DNA of 64,000 bases from assembly GCA_002269645.1 (NCBI GenBank), contig NIVC01001526.1, positions 1-64,000 of the forward strand, given 5' to 3'. This document shows positions 61,544-64,000 of the stretch, in pieces. The notes under the pieces were generated by a model that saw nothing but the letters and a program-made list of their open reading frames with translations, was not told where the DNA came from and did not search any database. Source of the stretch: Macrostomum lignano (taxonomy: Eukaryota). The first letter of the stretch is position 1; every line of letters starts with the position of its first letter. The translations under genes and the position numbers were made by a program.

Positions 61544-64000
61544 ATGGTGCAATGGCTAAAGGCTAAAAACTTCTGCAGAGCCACTAGCAGGTTTGACTTA
61601 TCCAAGTTCCTGCAGCAAATGGAGCTGCCTTCAGAGCCTCCAGAAAATGGAGCCTCTAGTTGTAGTCTCTTACAACTACTCACTGATACTCCTATAACAA
61701 TGCATGAAATGGAAGAATTATTTCTGCAAGGTGAATTAATTAATCCAGCTCAGTCGTCTAGCCATCTGGTGGATAAATCTAACAGCCAGGACCTGCATGT
61801 TGAAGGAACAGAAGGAGTGCATGTTGAAGGAACAGAAGGAGTGCATGTTGAAGGAACAGGAGTGCATGTTGAAGGAACAGAAGGAGTGCATGTTGAAGGA
61901 ACAGAAGGATTGCATGTTGAAGGAACAGAAGGATTGCACGTTGAAGGAACAGAAGGAGTGCATGTTGAAGGAACAGAAGGATTGCACGTTGAAGGAACAG
62001 AAGGAGTGCATGTTGAAGGAACAGAAGGATTGCACGTTGAAGGAACAGAAGGAGTGCATGTTGAAGGAGCAGAAGGATTGCACGTTGAAGGAACAGAAGG
62101 AGTGCATGTTGAAGGAACAGTAGTGCTAGAAGTCCCAGATAATCCAGCTCAGTCTGGCCAGCAACCACAGGATTTCGGCCATCAAGGCCTTAAGACCATC
62201 AGAAGTTGGCCTCAATGTCATGCGCGCAATGTAGACTTAGACGCTGATACACCTGACAACATCTGGCCACGGGTAGAGTGTCCTGTTAAGAGTGATAAAG
62301 TTGTCCTGCAACCAAGGCTGTCGGAAGAATCCAACGAAATAATTCAGATTGTTATTGACGACGAAGACGACGATGATTTGGAAAAGTCTACTAAAAGTGA
62401 AAAGACTCCTTTTCGTGCACTGGAGAATCTTGGCGTTAGCATTTCCAGTAACAAACCTCGAAAAGGTATTCAATATGTTTGCCATCTTGATAGCAGTCAT
62501 TTGATTACGGAGTCAAGGATTAAGCAGCACTTTGATCGAAATCATCAGAACTACGAGTTATACGGCTCCTTTGACGAAATCAAAAAAGAATTAATCAAAT
62601 TCAACAATGAACGTTTCGGTTTACCGTCTAAAGAGTCAACGACCAAAAAGTCCACCTCGGCAGAAAGAGCAGGCAATGACTATTGGTGCCATCTAGACCC
62701 AACTCATCTAATTAAACAGTCGAGGTTTGCCGACCACTTTAAACATTTTCATAAAGACAAACTTCAGTCCGAAGGACGCAAGAGCTTGATAATGGCGACC
62801 AAAAAATTTACCAAAGATCGTCTCAATGCTGAAAGAAAGAAAGAGACAAGCAAAATGCATCTGACGAAAGGTGTAGAGAATCCAAAAGATGACGCTGATG
62901 CAGCCGAAGAAAACTGCAGTTCTGATATAATTTGTCCGAAGTGTGACCTTCCTCAAAAAAGCAGTCTTTTCAGCCATTTAACCCACTGGCACGAAATGAG
63001 CGTAGAAGAGGCAAAGGAATCCATTAAAGACATCAAGACGGCGAATGTATCCAACTATGTCCTTCAAAGTTGGAAGTCAAAATCTAGCACCTCTCATTGC
63101 TCTCAATATACGCCAGATGACGAAAAAGACAATTTAGTTCCATCGTTAGAAGATTTCGAAGATTTCCTGAAAAATTTTCCCGGAGGAAGGCTTGCCCAAT
63201 CGACGCGGGCACAAGCACGCAGAGCTATTTCAAAAATTATGTCTATTACCGGAGTTTCTAGTCTGGTCGATATTATTCGCGAGAAGCACCGTTCTAGGAT
63301 TAACGAGTTTTTAACTAGCAAGTCTCAATCTTGCTCCGATGGAACGAAGACATATGTTGAAGGTCTAAAACGTTTTGGAGTGTACCTGAAGAGCTCGTTT
63401 TCTAAATTCGTTTCAACGGCTCAGTTGACCAAAGATCTCGAATCTTTCCTTTTCATCTGTAAGGGTTATGGAAAGTCCCGATTACAGGACAAGAAACTTG
63501 CCGAGTCACGTCGTCGATATGCGCTGGACAAAAGTAGACTGACCGTAAGCGAGCTCAAAACTGTCCTTGATGTTGTCGATTTCTTCTTCGCAGCCGCCGA
63601 ATCTAAGCCTACAGGATCTCGCGAACAAATGATATTTATTGGTCTGTATTTTCTTTTTGGCAAAGGAAACTTTCACCGCGCCGATGCAGTCTCGAATGCC
63701 AAAATGGAACAATTTTTCGAATGGAAAGGCCAACTGGATATTGATCCGCAAGCAATGTTTGAAATCCTAAATCATAAGACGGACAAATTAGGTGTTATTC
63801 AAGTTTCAGTCATCGATATTAAGGAAATTTTATTGGAGTATGGAAATAATCGTGTTGCAAACGGAGCGGTCGCAGCTGATTACTTTTTTGATTATGGTCA
63901 GCTTCAGAACATTGGACTGCATTCTTTTTCAACCTATTTGCGCAAATCTCGAGAAACGTTTCCGATCCTAAATGATTTGAAAACAGTCAACGTCCGTACT
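61544..64000 (+). CDS. Large tyrosine-recombinase (phage-integrase-fold) protein with N-terminal repeats and zinc-finger-like motifs; 3'-partial, >818 aa
   Basis: Frame open from 61445 to the window end by manual translation; first ATG at 61544. Contains the C2H2 [20 protein letters not shown], a core-binding-like helical region ([13 protein letters not shown]...[15 protein letters not shown]), box [22 protein letters not shown], and TVNVR at the window edge. Confidence 0.8.
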   Translation, partial: MVQWLKAKNFCRATSRFDLSKFLQQMELPSEPPENGASSCSLLQLLTDTPITMHEMEELFLQGELINPAQSSSHLVDKSNSQDLHVEGTEGVHVEGTEGVHVEGTGVHVEGTEGVHVEGTEGLHVEGTEGLHVEGTEGVHVEGTEGLHVEGTEGVHVEGTEGLHVEGTEGVHVEGAEGLHVEGTEGVHVEGTVVLEVPDNPAQSGQQPQDFGHQGLKTIRSWPQCHARNVDLDADTPDNIWPRVECPVKSDKVVLQPRLSEESNEIIQIVIDDEDDDDLEKSTKSEKTPFRALENLGVSISSNKPRKGIQYVCHLDSSHLITESRIKQHFDRNHQNYELYGSFDEIKKELIKFNNERFGLPSKESTTKKSTSAERAGNDYWCHLDPTHLIKQSRFADHFKHFHKDKLQSEGRKSLIMATKKFTKDRLNAERKKETSKMHLTKGVENPKDDADAAEENCSSDIICPKCDLPQKSSLFSHLTHWHEMSVEEAKESIKDIKTANVSNYVLQSWKSKSSTSHCSQYTPDDEKDNLVPSLEDFEDFLKNFPGGRLAQSTRAQARRAISKIMSITGVSSLVDIIREKHRSRINEFLTSKSQSCSDGTKTYVEGLKRFGVYLKSSFSKFVSTAQLTKDLESFLFICKGYGKSRLQDKKLAESRRRYALDKSRLTVSELKTVLDVVDFFFAAAESKPTGSREQMIFIGLYFLFGKGNFHRADAVSNAKMEQFFEWKGQLDIDPQAMFEILNHKTDKLGVIQVSVIDIKEILLEYGNNRVANGAVAADYFFDYGQLQNIGLHSFSTYLRKSRETFPILNDLKTVNVRT
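61793..62120 (+). repeat. 24-bp coding minisatellite (HVEGTEG[V/L])n in the recombinase ORF
   Basis: ~13 units; the one shortened unit loses exactly 3 nt, keeping the frame. Confidence 0.9.

Overview
Eukaryotic DNA from a bilaterian invertebrate: spliced genes, a labial/Hox1 homeobox gene, GC-rich exons, and AT-rich or minisatellite-filled introns. The repeat landscape and QCR7 sequence are compatible with a free-living flatworm, but that is inference only. Left end (1-~5.9 kb): right part of a Polinton/Maverick (adintovirus-like) endogenous virus with packaging ATPase, a small amphipathic structural protein, PZ, major capsid (PY), penton (PX), an orphan ORF and a subterminal 82-bp array. Its structural genes are broken almost only by single-base losses. 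Middle: host genes (mucin-like membrane protein, an orphan spliced gene, Hox1/labial, a 133-aa orphan, a non-catalytic frameshifted neprilysin-like M13 gene, UQCRB/QCR7, a ~2,460-aa disordered protein), interleaved with about 20 different minisatellite arrays, four copies of a tRNA-derived CORE-like SINE, and several MITEs. Right end: an AT-rich block with nested MITEs, then an uninterrupted ORF of >818 aa (61544 to window end). It is missing from the supplied ORF track because it has no stop in the window, and encodes zinc-finger-like motifs plus a tyrosine-recombinase domain. Most long ORFs in the track are artefacts of tandem repeats.
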